A stretch of 64,000 nucleotides of DNA from the NCBI GenBank assembly GCA_002633005.1, contig NMRA01000045.1, forward strand, positions 1,109,552 to 1,173,551, given 5' to 3'. The notes beneath the pieces were generated by a model. The model did no database searches, was not told the origin of the DNA, and saw nothing but the letters and a program-made list of their open reading frames with translations. The position numbers and the translations under genes are program-made. Numbering within the stretch: the first letter of the stretch is position 1; each line of letters opens with the position of its first letter. The DNA comes from Phoronis australis (lineage: Eukaryota > Animalia > Phoronida). Positions 42,901-55,771 of the stretch are shown here, piece by piece.

Positions 42901-44093
42901 TATGTGACAATACAGATGTTATATACATCACATAATCAACTGTAAAATAAGGGAAAGTAGAGCCAATCCGTATACCTCAGTAGAGGTCATATTCAACGGT
43001 AGAAAGCCGTATTTCACAGTTGGTGAGCAGTCTCTTTGTCGAGTCAATTCGCGTGTGCAACGCCAAATTTGATTGAGCTCCTTCATTTGGGTTACCCAAA
43101 TCATCATTCCAAGGCATCGTTCCTGAAAAGGCAGTTTTAATGCTCTAAAAACAGAAAAAAATACCGATGAAAATTCCGACGCACGTTGATCAGGCAGCTA
43201 TTTTTGGGCCTCGCTGAAGTTTCAGTTTGGGTCATCATAAATAAGTCAAGATAAGTAGCGTCTCCAGCCAGCAAAATCATCCAAAAAATCTAACTCAAAT
43301 CCTACGAAAATGTTATGGATGCATACAGTATATATCTACACAGAGAGCAAAGGTCTTTACAGGAAATTAAGTCCTTATAACGAGTACGTGTTTTTTTACT
43401 GAGCTAATCCTCTGCTCGCAGCATTCAACGTACTTTCCGTCACTGCCAGCCATAGTGAAAAATCTGCTTTTTGCGATACAGTCCTTACCTCAAGTTCTGC
43501 AATCAGCACACTTTCCACCGTTATTTTCCAATGCTGTGATCAACACGGGGAAATGTTTCTATTACTATTTACAGTCCAGAAGCTAAGACACGAAAATAGA
43601 CCAAGAAAACCAAGAAATTCATTGAAGCTAAAATGAGAAACTGCTGCAGACAACTCAGTTCAGGGAATATTTCAATTTTCATATTCCTGGATGGATTGTT
43701 TCTACGTTTCCAACAAACTCTTGAAATTACTGAATGGTGCAGTGCTTTAACTTATACATTTCACAAACTAAAAATTCTGATCAATTTATTATCAAATAAA
43801 ACTTTTTACTGGTTATTCAACACTTTCACAGATTGTCTTGTCGCTTAAACAGCTTAGGTACCGTACTAATGGCATGCATATGATGACACATAACAACAAG
43901 CCGGATCACACAGCAACAAGGTATTGGCACGATGATGCAAATAAGTCAATATATATGGGATAAATAGGTTATCCTACATATATAGGAATACTACTGCGAT
44001 ATCTTATCTCGAATTCATTTCACCTTGGAATGTCCCTGTTCTCAATAGGATATGCAGCTAGTATTCTTATGTACGAGGGATAACAGTACCTAT
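42901..44093 (+). mobile_element. ~1.1-kb non-autonomous element with a terminal hairpin, copy A (inverted relative to 47238-48281)
   Basis: Reverse-complement match along its length, e.g. CCAATCCGTATACC/GGTATACGGATTGG, AATGCTGTGATCAACAC/GTGTTGATCACAGCATT and GATGATGCAAATAAGTC/GACTTATTTGCATCATC. Confidence 0.9.
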
Positions 44094-44779
44094 ATTTATT
44101 AAATTTCTATTCACCATGAGTTAACATCTATTTTAGTTACTGAACCTCAGAGTAGCAAAACTGGATTAGTCTGGTTCCAAAATATTCATGATGGTGTAAA
44201 TAAAAACAATCACCCAAATAATCTAAAAGTAACATTTTGAACACATCTCACATAGGTTTAGCAACACACAGATTTTTTGGAGTTCCGAGGCAGTGACTCT
44301 TATGAGTCAACCTTTGTCAAGGAATTCATGATATGTATTAATTAACTATATGGATTTAATATTAGAATCATCATTATTACTAACGTTGCTAAAAGATTCT
44401 TGATGTTCTTAACTTGTTTTGGCTTTCTGTTGAGTCCAGTGGCCGTTCCAAAACTACAGTCATGGGACGACATAACGAGCTACAGGTCACATTTGCGACT
44501 TGAAATTTGGAAATGCGAGCTGAGATCATTGTCAGCTCGTGTCAAGTTGCAAAATGCGACCTGGAATATCCGATGTATGGGAGCTGAGTTTTTACACTTC
44601 TCGGCAGATACCTGGCAAATATAAACCAACTCTTGTGAATCCAACCATATTGATTGTTGCCAAATCAAGTTCAACCGAGAACAGCCCTCCCGATAACTTG
44701 TAAGCATGTCGCGTGAACATGCTAAATTTAATAAACATTCTGCAGAGGGCTTAGGAGATACAGCAGGTGAAAAAAATGC

Positions 44780-46110
44780 CACTTAAGGATGCGCCACAGT
44801 AATTGAAGCCGGAAAATCATCGTCACACTAATAATACGTAAGCCAATTTTCACAATCATGCTAAGAGTGGTTTGGTTGACAGAGGGCAGACGCCAAAAAC
44901 AGAACAGTAAAAATGGCCACTAGATGGAGCAAAATACATCGAATCCGTCTGAAAACCGGAAAATGTCACTATTCTTTAAAAGAAAGCGATTTAACAAATT
45001 TCATGAAAATTCATCAAGGAACTTCATCAGAGAAACAGAGAAAAACAGAAAAAAATGAAATTGCCATTAGAGGGCAGTTTTAGTTGGACCCGTCTGAAAG
45101 TTGTCGTCTTTCGTTGTCAACTTCATATAAATACACGATCCTGCAGAAGGCTAAGGTAGGCCTGGGCGCATAACAAAAACAAAAATAAAACTGCCACTAG
45201 GAGGCACCACAGTAGTCAAAGTCATCTGAAAAACATTGTCAATTGTCCTCTTTATAGTAAGAAGATACATGCCAATTTTCACAATCATCCTTAGAGTGGT
45301 TTGGTTTACGGAGGGACGGATACCAAAAACAGATTCGAAATGGCCACTAGGTGGTGCAAAATACCTTGAATCCATCCGAAAACGGGAGGATAGTGTCACC
45401 TCATTAATAGATGCCTATGTGCCAAATTTTATGGAAATCCGTAAAGCACTTTTGAAGATACAGAGGAACGTAAAAGAACTAAAATTTCCACTATGGGACA
45501 CACATGTAGTCTGATCTGTCCAAAAGTCGTCGTCGTCCATTGTCAACTTCATATGAGCACATTTGCTGCATTTAATAAAGGTTCTTATGGAGCGTTTAGG
45601 AGATACAGCCATGGACACATAAACAAACAAAACTGCCACTAGAAGGCGATACAGTAATCGAAGTCGTCGGAAAATCGTCAACTGTCCTCGTCATAGTAAG
45701 AACATACATGCCAATTTTTGCAATCATCCTTAGAGTGATTTGGTTGACAGAGGGACGGATGACAAAAAACAGATTTGAAAATACTAAAAATGGCCTCTAG
45801 ATGGCGCAAAATACATCGAATCCATTCGAAAACGAAATCGGTTGAAGACCTTTTAAGATACAGAGGCAAACATAATACATTAAAATTGCCACTAGGGGGC
45901 ACAGCGGTATTCGGGTCGGTCCGAAATTCATGGCCCTCTGTCGTCATCCCCATAGGAATACACCTGCCAAATTTCAATAACATCCTGCAAGGGGTTTAGG
46001 AGATACAGCCGCGGACGCCGGATGCCCCGACTCCTGGACAGAGATGAAGGCAATTTCGACCCACATATAAATATGTGGGCCCATAAAAATGTGGGCGCAT
46101 AACAAAAAGT
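44780..46110 (+). mobile_element. Helentron/HINE-like non-autonomous element with ~430-440-bp internal tandem units
   Basis: CAATCAT(G/C)CT.AGAGTG.TTTGGTT recurs at ~44853, ~45282 and ~45721. It ends with a short hairpin CCCACATAT..ATATGTGGG and an A-rich tail. The superfamily assignment is inferred. Confidence 0.65.
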
Positions 46111-46389
46111 TTCACTTTGAACTATACTATCATCACTGCCAGCATGTATATAAAATATGAATTCATTAAATATCCGAAAATAATTTTACATTGATTTACG
46201 ACAAATTATTTTTTCATTAAATATTTCCCTGATCATAACCTCGCATCGCTACAGGAGATTTAGCGCCATGCCCATAGCCAACAGTTGCCAGAGAGGCTAT
46301 TTATCATGGCCTCTGTAATATTGCCGTAGTACAAACAAGATGCACCCTGAATCTGTATATGATACAAAAATTAACAGCCCATCCCTATG

Positions 46390-46463
46390 ATTGGACTACA
46401 TTAGCTATAAAAAGACAGTTGTTGTGGATAGCTGTCATAATAACTTGTCACAATCCTAAACAG
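46390..46463 (+). promoter_or_regulatory. Core promoter and non-coding exon 1 of the nested secreted-peptide gene
   Basis: Reverse CCAAT (ATTGG, 46390-46394), TATAAAAA (46406-46413), Inr-like TCA with A at 46437 (31 nt from the TATA start), then strong donor CAG|GTAAGG at 46464. Confidence 0.7.
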
Positions 46464-47237
46464 GTAAGGAATTTTGTGTAACAGTATTTCCATTGCCTTC
46501 ACGTTCCTTGTAATTTAAAACACTTATTATAATTAAGTTCTTAAAACTATTGGAATAGTGGATATCAGTTGACAATTTTGAAACATTCATGGGAATTTTG
46601 AACACTGAAATTTGTAAAATGATGGTGTCTGACATAATGGGAATGCTTTTGTAAACAAAACATGCCCTTTCAAATTAAAAAATATGAAAATTTCACCCAT
46701 CAAGAATTTTTCTATAGAAAAAAGATTTAGCATTTTGAGTTACTTTATAGGCAGTTTTATGGATTTTCTGATGACATCATAAAATGTAGCTACCACTTAG
46801 AACAATTTATTCTGTATCTTCTGTTCCATTTAATGAAAATACTTGTGATGTGAATGATATTCTGGTTTTGATCAACAAGGATTACTATACAAAAGGGCAG
46901 ATTTTTGGTAACAACATTTTGAGTTCAAAAACAAAACTGAGTTGATGATCAGATTCATTTAGTTGAGGTAATGTGGGAACTTAGGGACAATCACGTGTAT
47001 TAAGCCAAATTTCTACAAACGATATATTTTAACTCAATTAAAATATGTTTTCTGGAAGTAAAATTTATATTTGCCTTTTTACCAATCTGCCATTTATTTG
47101 GTCATGAGACCATGTTTTTTAGTAAAATTTACCAAACAAGGATACATTGAACAGCAAAACAATAGAATCAATAAAATAACCAAATTTGATTTGATATAAA
47201 TGTTCAAGATGAAATCTCAAAAATGCAGCTGCAACAT

Positions 47238-48281
47238 ATAGGTTATCCCACACACATAGTATATCCTATGGAGAATTCATTTCATCTGTGAATGTCTCAA
47301 CTCGGCCTTTGGTCTCATAATGGGACATTCCCAGATGAAATGAATTTGAGATAGGATATGGCAGTAGTATTCCTATGTGTGTGGGATAACCTTTATATCC
47401 CATGTGTATGGACTTATTTGCATCATCGTTGCCGTGTGCTCCGGCTTGTTGTTATATGACACCATATGTATGCCAAGTACAGTTTTCAGTAAAATAGTGA
47501 AATATACAAGTTAAAGCACTGAACCATTCAATAATATCAAAAGTCTGTTGGAAACTTAGAAACAATCCATCGAGGAATATAAAAATTGAAACATTCTCTG
47601 AACCGAGTTGTGTAGCAGTGTGTCGTTTTAGCTTCGTTGAATTTCTTAGTTTTATTGGTCTGCTTTGATTTTCTTGTCATAGCTTCTGGACTGCACATAG
47701 TAATAGAAACATTTCACTGTGTTGATCACAGCATTGGAAAACAACGGTGGAAACTGTGATGATTTGCAGAACTTGACGTAAGGACTGTATTGCAAATAGC
47801 AGATTTTAGCAACAACCGGGGATTAGCTCAGTAAAAACACTGTCGTTATTAGGTCTTAATTTGCTGTTAAGAACTTAGCTCCCACTGTAGATATACTGTA
47901 TGCATCCACAATGAAACATTTTCATTGGATTTGAGTTAAATTTTTGGCTGATTTTGTTTGCCAGGGATGAAATTTCAGCGAGGCCCAAAAATAGCCCCCT
48001 GATCACCATGCGTCGGAATTTTCACCAGTAAACTTTTCATTTTTAGAGTAGTGAAACTGCATTTTCAGGAACGACGCCTTAGATTGGGTAACTCAAACGA
48101 ACGAGCTCAATCAAATTTGCCGTTGCAAATGCAAATTTACTCGACAAGGAGACTGCTCACCAACCTTGAAATATGGCTTCTACCATTGAATACAGCCTCT
48201 GCTGTGGTATACGGATTGGTTCTACATTCCCGTATTTCACAGTTGATTATACGATGTATACAACATCTGTATTTTCACATA
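47238..48281 (-). mobile_element. ~1.05-kb non-autonomous element, copy B, with a ~150-bp terminal hairpin (47240-47392)
   Basis: Inverted homologue of 42901-44093. AGGTTATCCCACACACATAG...GAATTCATTTCATCTG is mirrored by CAGATGAAATGAATT...CTATGTGTGTGGGATAACCT. Confidence 0.9.
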
Positions 48282-48656
48282 ATTATATGGAATGATAACA
48301 ATAATTTCACTTCCTAATAGTTTTATGTGGCTTTTGATTTTTTATCAAAATCATAAGTCGTATTTTTGCAGCCCCACATGCAAAATTTGAAGTTCATTTG
48401 TCCTAACAGGATTTTGGAGAACACAGATTCAAGCATATCTGAAAGTTTCAAATGAATCTGATCTGAGCCATCTCTGAGATAACATGTTCTAAGTTTTCCA
48501 AATTTGGACATTTCCTCAAGTCCTACACATAAAGCAAAAGCCATCATGGAGGTTCCACTCTGCACATTTTAATTAAATTGTAATTTCACTTTGATTAACA
48601 TTCCTTCATTATTCCAAACTTTAAAGTTTTCAGATTTTCCAATTAATTGGATCAAC

Positions 48657-48900
48657 ATGGAAAGATTTAACGCGCGTATTGCTATGGTTGCCATGCTGGT
48701 GTGCTTCGTACTTTCATTCCATGTCACGGAGTCATTCTCATTTAACATGAGTTCCTACTGCAAAGTAAAGGCCAAGATCTGCTACCGGCTCTGTAGAGAC
48801 CCATACAACAAACCTGCAGTTATACCAACTGATGAAGAAGACTGTTACGCTTGGTGCGACAAACGATACAAAATGTGCCTAAGAAGGTATGATGAGTCAC
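48657..48900 (+). CDS. Secreted six-cysteine peptide precursor, coding exon 1 (signal peptide and Cys core)
   Basis: Acceptor TTTTCAG at 48633 and Kozak-like CAACATGG. Translation MERFNARIAMVAMLVCFVLSFHVTES|FSFNMSSYCKVKAKICYRLCRDPYNKPAVIPTDEEDCYAWCDKRYKMCLRRYDES. Donor C|GTAAAG at 48901 (phase 1). Confidence 0.85.
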
Positions 48901-50294
48901 GTAAAGTAACATTAAAGCCTGTACTTTCCATTATGTCAAAAATCAGAATCTCAGTAGGCTAGTTGCCGTTATAAAGTGTCTCGAATTGTTCCTTTCCCTA
49001 ACGAGAAATGATTTCTGAGCTTTCAGCTTGGTCTCAGAAGACATAATGAATGTATATGTTCATCCTGGACCCAGATATCAGCCTTCTGAGCTTAGTTAAG
49101 GGGTGAAACTTTTAGCTGTGATAGAAGAAAAATTATTACTAATTTATGCAATCAAAATTCTTTCGATACAGCTCCTAAAGACTGAAAGCTGTTTCAGTTT
49201 TCTAAATTATTTTTTTTTGTTTTTGAAGTTTTTTGAAGTTTTTCTATAAAAATAAGAAAAGTTCCATTTTGATAGCATATGATGCTAAAAGTTTTGAAAA
49301 CAACTGCTTATAGACATTGGAGAAAAATGCATAAAACATAATATCTAAGTTTTATTTGAAGCTGATCACCATGGGATCTGGTGTTCCTAAGCTGAACCAA
49401 ATTTTGAAACTTTTTTGACAAGCTCTACTCTACTTCCAAGTGAAAACTTCCCGCATTACACCCCATACCAGCCATTTCCCATCTGGCAACTACGAATCAT
49501 TCTTACCATTTGGGATTAGAATAGGCACTTACTCAGCTTTAGGCTATAGTATTTGTCACAAAATTGGACAATATATCCTAAAACAGCCTATTAGCAGAAT
49601 TACCCATCAGGAAACTGAGAGCAAACAGAATTTACTACCACAGTTAGTAGGAAATGTTACTGTGAGCCATGACGGGTCATTAAATATCATGATGCAAAAA
49701 CAGGGAATTTTGTAATTCCTTTTGGTGTTACTTTATATTTGATGATCTGCATACAGAGAGCACTGAAAACCCTTCAGAATTAGTATAACAGATTTTTCAT
49801 AGTCGCAAGTGAGTTTCAAACATACAAACCCTGCGAATACCAGTGAGAAGCTATCTGTAATTCAATTTACATCACGATAACCCAGAGTTATAACCTTTAG
49901 TCATATAACCGTTTTGGTGTGAAAAATACATTTTTCTTTGGTTGACGATCACTTACAAAAGCTGCAGTGAAACTTTTATATGAAACTGCCCTCTACAAAA
50001 AGGCACTTCTGTGTGAATTCAAATGTATATTTCTTAAAAACAAGGAGATAACAAAACACTTAGAAAATTTTATAGTTGAATTATCAGAGAGAAGCAATCA
50101 GATTTTAAAATTTAATGTGTTAAAGAAAATGACTTGCATTACTGGTAATCCATTAAGATGTTCTGATGGGTGAAAATAGAACAGACCGCGGCAAGTATGA
50201 ATATAAGAATACAAAAATGCGTAATAGGGGGGTGGATTTGCTGATTGCAGCATTGTTGGGAAGATAGTTAATGACGCATTTTGTTTGATTTCAG

Positions 50295-50410
50295 GAAATA
50301 GACGGCTTGATAAATTGACACGCAACAGAACACCCATGAGAAGACTAACAGAGACTTCATTTGAATTCCCATTGCAAACTCAAGGGAGATATTATGACAT
50401 TAATGCTTGA
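50295..50410 (+). CDS. Secreted six-cysteine peptide precursor, coding exon 2 (C-terminal propeptide)
   Basis: Acceptor TTTTGTTTGATTTCAG at 50294, phase 1, open to TGA at 50408-50410: (R)NRRLDKLTRNRTPMRRLTETSFEFPLQTQGRYYDINA*. AATAAA at 50563. Confidence 0.7.
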
Positions 50411-51639
50411 TAAAGTGTCATTCAACGACCATGAATAGCCAAGAGACTGTGAATATAGAGACAAAAAAGAAATATAAAAGTGTGCATAAAAGTTTTACAT
50501 GATATGATGGGCGCCAATCATCAAAAACATCAGAAGACTAATCCATAACAAGTGTGTTAATTAATAAAGAGTCATTTAGCATCATTCACTGTCTTGCAAT
50601 CAATGATACTGCAGCATGCAGGTTCTGTGCAAACTAATAAGGAGGTGACAGTAGAAATACTGACAAATACAATGCACATTACATCAGAAGACACATGATA
50701 TCATTTGAATGGAAACATTGACAGTGCCGGTGATGAGACAGGCACGGATGGGGACAACGATGACGACAACTGTAATGATGACAAACAAAGATGGAATGAA
50801 CAACAAAGAAAGTCATTAGAATACAAGTGCTATATGTGGTGGATAGTTAGCTGCATGAGGCCAAAAAGGTATCACAAAATTTCGAATGACTTGATAGGCT
50901 AGCAAGTCGTACTAATAAACAGAGTAATTATTTTTAAGGTTTTGAGCTGATTGATCGACATGCCAAATTACAGAAACATTGCATAAAGTCAATTACAATT
51001 TCTGAGCCCTGCAAAGCACAACCTAAGACATGAAAAGTGTCACTGAGAGCACTACTTTACAGGTATGATAACATTTAAGAAGGGTCAATAGCTTATTCAA
51101 CAGTCGTGTTGTGTGTGTAAGCTTCTTGTGAATCAAACGAAAAATGCAACCTGTCGTGTGTCTAAATACAAACGTTTATGGACCAACAGTGTGTATCACA
51201 TACAGCAGTGATACAAGGGATGATGATTGTTTTAAACATTACCACTAAAGGGAGTAATGCCAGTAAGCTTAAAACATCCTTAGGAATACAAAGCAAGTCA
51301 GTAATCTTCTCCTCAATAGGAACACCCCTGGCACATTTCATCATGATTCTTCAGGAAGTTTGTAAATGACACAGGGCACAAAAATAAAAGAAAGGGCGCT
51401 GGGGTGCTCAACATAGGTCAAAATCTGAAACAGTGCTTGCACTGCCATCAATGGGATAGAAACATTTTTGCTAATGATTTCATGAACATCCATTGAGAAA
51501 CTAGGAAGATATATCAAAATAAATGCAAGAAAAAACAAAATTGCCAATAGACAACTCCGCGGTATTTGGATACGACCTAAAATCCCCATAAGTTGCTCTC
51601 TTCTCAATAAAAACATTTATTTTGTGAAGATCCGTCACG

Positions 51640-52430
51640 GAACATGGTAGATATTGAGCCACAAGCAAAAACAAAATTGCTACTAGAGGACGCCACAGCA
51701 GTTAGACCGTTTAAAATCGTTGCCTGGAGTTTTCATAATGATCCTTCGAGTGGTTTAGCCAATAGAGAGGCGGGCACCAAAAACTCGAAAAAATAATAAA
51801 AATGCCCACTAGTTGGCTTGCAATAAGTCAAATCCAAAACAGGTAAGCTGTTACTGTGCCTTTAATAGAAGCCCTTTCGCCAAATTTCGTGAAAATACAT
51901 TTACATATTCCGATAGACAGGGGATTGAAATGTAAAAAAATACAACTGTAGACAGTCAGATACATCCGAGAGTCACCTGTTGTCACGTTCATAGAAATTG
52001 CTTTTAAGGAACACAGTAGTACCCAAAGCCGTCCAGAAATCCTTTGTCAGCCGAATCCTTGCAGGGACAGACATATCAATCCTTAGAGTGGTTTGGCCAA
52101 TAGAGTTGCGGAAAATAACTAAAATGCCCACTTTGCAGAATACATAACATAAAATCCATCTGAAAACGGCATGTCTCAGTCAGCTTCTGTAATAGAAACC
52201 TTTTTGCAGGATTGCATAAAAATATATCGAGGAACTCCAAAGACACAGAGGAAAACAAAAAGAATTGACATTAGGGGGCAGTTACCAGAAGACGGATCCA
52301 TCCAAAAATTGCTGTCATCCTTTGACACCTTCATAGAAATACGCTAGCCAAATTTAACAATTGATCCTGACAATGGTTTAGGATATACTGAGCCACGAAT
52401 GCAAAAAACATAACTGTTACTACGAGGGGC
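51640..52430 (+). repeat. Diverged copy of the GCCACTAG-rich tandem-unit element family
   Basis: ATCCTT(C/A)GAGTGGTTT(A/G)GCCAATAGAG at ~51740 and ~52080, homologous to the units at 44780-46110. Confidence 0.65.
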
Positions 52431-52556
52431 CATAATGGGTCTATGGTCATGCGAGTGTTTGCAAGGTTCTTGTGAAGCTAACAAAAATGCAACCAGCACT
52501 GTGTGTACATACAAACCTAAGCAAGGGAAGAATCAAAGGAAATGCACAGCAACAGC

Positions 52557-52678
52557 AATGTACCCCATCTGACAATGCACCCCATCTGACAGTGCACCCC
52601 ATCTGACAATGCATCCCATCTGACAATGCATCCCATCTGACAATGCACCCCATCTGACAAGAATGCATCCCATCTGAC
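52557..52678 (+). repeat. 17-bp minisatellite, 7 copies (AATGCACCCCATCTGAC)
   Basis: Head-to-tail units with no unique spacers. Confidence 0.95.
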
Positions 52679-55600
52679 AGCTTGCATCACAAACAGTCCA
52701 GGCTACCAGAAGTAATCATTATTTCAAAAAAGTTTATGAAATGGAACTTCACAAACTATACTTAGCAGAGCCTCAAAAACAAAGTGATGCTAAATAAATA
52801 TAAAATTTTTGCAAAATAAAGAGGTCTCTATTTTGTCATTGACTCAAACTTAATATAGATGCACGTGACAGCTTTGAGTGAGTATTGGCAGTTACTCTTG
52901 AGAGGCATCATATTTCGCTGTTTTTTCAGTGGGAACTTTTTCTTTCAGTTTTCTGTGGTACTGAAATGGGACACTTCAGTTATTCAGTCAGATAATGAAA
53001 GAAGAGTTTTAACTTCTAAAGTTTGGGCTTTTTTCATGATTAGCATAGTCAACATTATTTTAAAATGAAAAAGCAAGGGTCAAACGTTTGCTGCAATACC
53101 CAAAAACAAACAACTTTTAAATGAGGCTATGAAAGGGAACTGATGGAAACGGGAAAAATCACGTGAAAAAAGCATAAAATATATGATAATATGTGAATTT
53201 TGCCATGTGAGTTAAAAAGAGGGATATCCTGATCTTGTGACAGGATGTGGGATTTTTAAAAGCTCTAAAAAGTTTCACAATCCAGACAGTTAGCAAGCAT
53301 GAGATGCATAGGGATTGAAATGAGTCTCATGAATTCACACGTGTACTCAATTTTTTCAGAAGAGCCTCTGGGTTGTCAACGTTTCACTGAGCTAAAGCCT
53401 TTAAACAAGACAGAGCCGGAAATCAATAAAATCGCTACTAGCTGGCAGAGGAGTGAAATAAAAATCTCACGCAATTTCTGACAAAAACAACAGCCAAGTC
53501 TTTTTCATTTTCAAAGGCTTTTTACATTGATAAGAATGCTCAAAATAAAATATTATCTGATGGTAGACAAGGCATAATGTTCTAACTGTGTTTGATGAAA
53601 AAATGACAAAACGATTCATTTGTCTGCCATATTGCATGCAATATTAACGAGATTTTACCGATTCATTCAGTAATGCCATCATCAGTGACCATGGACGCAC
53701 GAATTTCAGACACTTTAGAAAATACAAGAGCTGCAGACCCCACATGAATCCCCAGATCCCTTGACGCAGAACTTGGAAAATGAGTTTTGCAACCACGTAC
53801 ACCGAAGTGCATGCTTGGGCACTAACAAGAATGTGATAAATATAATTTCCTTACTTGAGTGATCATAGCATGTTTTGGCCAAGACTTCCTGCATTAATTT
53901 GACTAATTATGGGAGACAACAACTCTAACTTTAATGGATTTCCTTCAAAAGCTGACGAAGCGTGCACTGACAGTAACTGCAAACAGTCAGACAGTAATGC
54001 AGTCATGCATAAAATGTGAAACCGGATTTTTTTTTCATACCCAGCGTCAAATATCTACAAAACTATAGATTCTAATTCAGCAAAAGTATATATTTTCTGA
54101 CAACAGAAATTCAGTAGAAATTGATCGTGTACTTTATACAAATTTGCCATTTATAAGCTCATGTGGTCACATCTTTTTAGTAAAATTTAGCAAAGAAGGG
54201 AAGGTACATTCATAGCAAAACAACAGGATCAATTACACGTTCAAGTTTTGTTTAATATATAGATGTTCAAGATAAAAACTCAAAGATGTTATAGTTTTCT
54301 AAATAACCATTTTATTTTCATATCATGCAACCTTTTTCACAAAAATCATACAAATACTATATTGTTTGATAGCTCCTCATGCAAAAATGGAACATTTTAA
54401 AAACAATTCCCAACAGTGCTTTAGAGAACAGAGCATAATGCAAATTATACTTGAAAGTTTCAGGTGAATTCGTTCAGGAATTTCTGAGATATGATGTTCA
54501 AAGTTAGGGACAAGGGGAAAATCACAAATTTGGTAAATTCTAGAACGTCATATTAATTTTTCAGAAATGGCTGATCAGATACATAAGAAACTTTCCGATG
54601 CCAAGTCACTGTTCCCTGGTTGCTATTAATTATTTTCAAAATATTTCACTTTTGCATGAGAGGCTATCAAAAATGGAATTTTATGATGTTTATGAAAAAA
54701 TTAAATTGCACAAAATGAAAACAAATGTTATTTTAGAAAACAAAATGGGACAGCATTTTTGAGATTTCATTATATATATCATACAAAATTTGATCATTTG
54801 CTTCCGTTGTTTTGTTATGGATGTCCACTTTAATAAAAAGATATGGTCACATGGCTCAATTATCAACAGATTTGTTTACTCAAACATCAAATTCTACAGG
54901 CTACTACTTTCAAAAAATATATGCTAGAGTTTTGTAGATATTTGTCTAACACACAAAAGGTCGTTCATACTACCTTTGGTACTTAATGGAATTGCAGTAA
55001 AAAGTAGGTGATGCTGTCATCATTGAAATTATCGCACGGTAATTGTGATACATATTAGGTGACGTTCAAGGTAGGACTGAAAATGGCAGGCTTTTAGTTC
55101 CGTGTGTGCTAAGATTTTTTTAATGTAATAATATGAGAACATTTATGCGTGATAATTGACATAAAAGTTACTTCTAATTTGACTGCAAATATTAGTTGTG
55201 ACACTGCTCTTTAATTGTTGACGATAATTTTTAGACCGAGGTTGACCATTTATATCGCACCCCAGTGTCGACACTCCACTATTAAATCCATCAGTTTACA
55301 ATAAAGTTAACTGGCATTGCCAACTTCGATGCAGGACTGAAGTTATCCATTCATACTGACCGCAACGCCTCAGAACATCAACGCTTCATTGTTAGCACAT
55401 CAAAGGGCCTAATGAGTACTCCCATCAGGGATCACATAACTTTAACGAAGACAAAAAGGACAGGAAAAACCTTCACTCAACCAATTACACAATTTACAAT
55501 GCTTACGTACAGTCTAAGAACAGTGATTACAGATTGAGCAATTAGCAACACTCATCAGTGGTAATAAAGGCAGAGACAAAAATACATAAACTGCAATAAA

Positions 55601-55771
55601 ATCCTTAACCAACCCAGAACATTGTTTATCTTCAATACAGCAAAATTTTGAAACATTTTAATCAAAAACATTGGAGAAATGCTATTTTAAAGGTGAACAA
55701 AAGACAGGATTCCTATTTTATCTTCTAACAGTTTCATCAGGATGGCGAATGATAGTTGACACTTACAAATT

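Noticed and set aside
48901-48962. C-terminal tail KVTLKPVLSIMSKIRISVG of the 123-aa ORF
   Set aside because: It begins at a GTAAAG donor whose phase matches the exon at 50295, so I treat it as intron read-through. The ORF's first 22 residues also precede the true ATG.
52557-52678. Regular short repeats resembling a CRISPR array
   Set aside because: The units are head-to-tail with no unique spacers, there are no cas genes, and the context is eukaryotic. It is a minisatellite.
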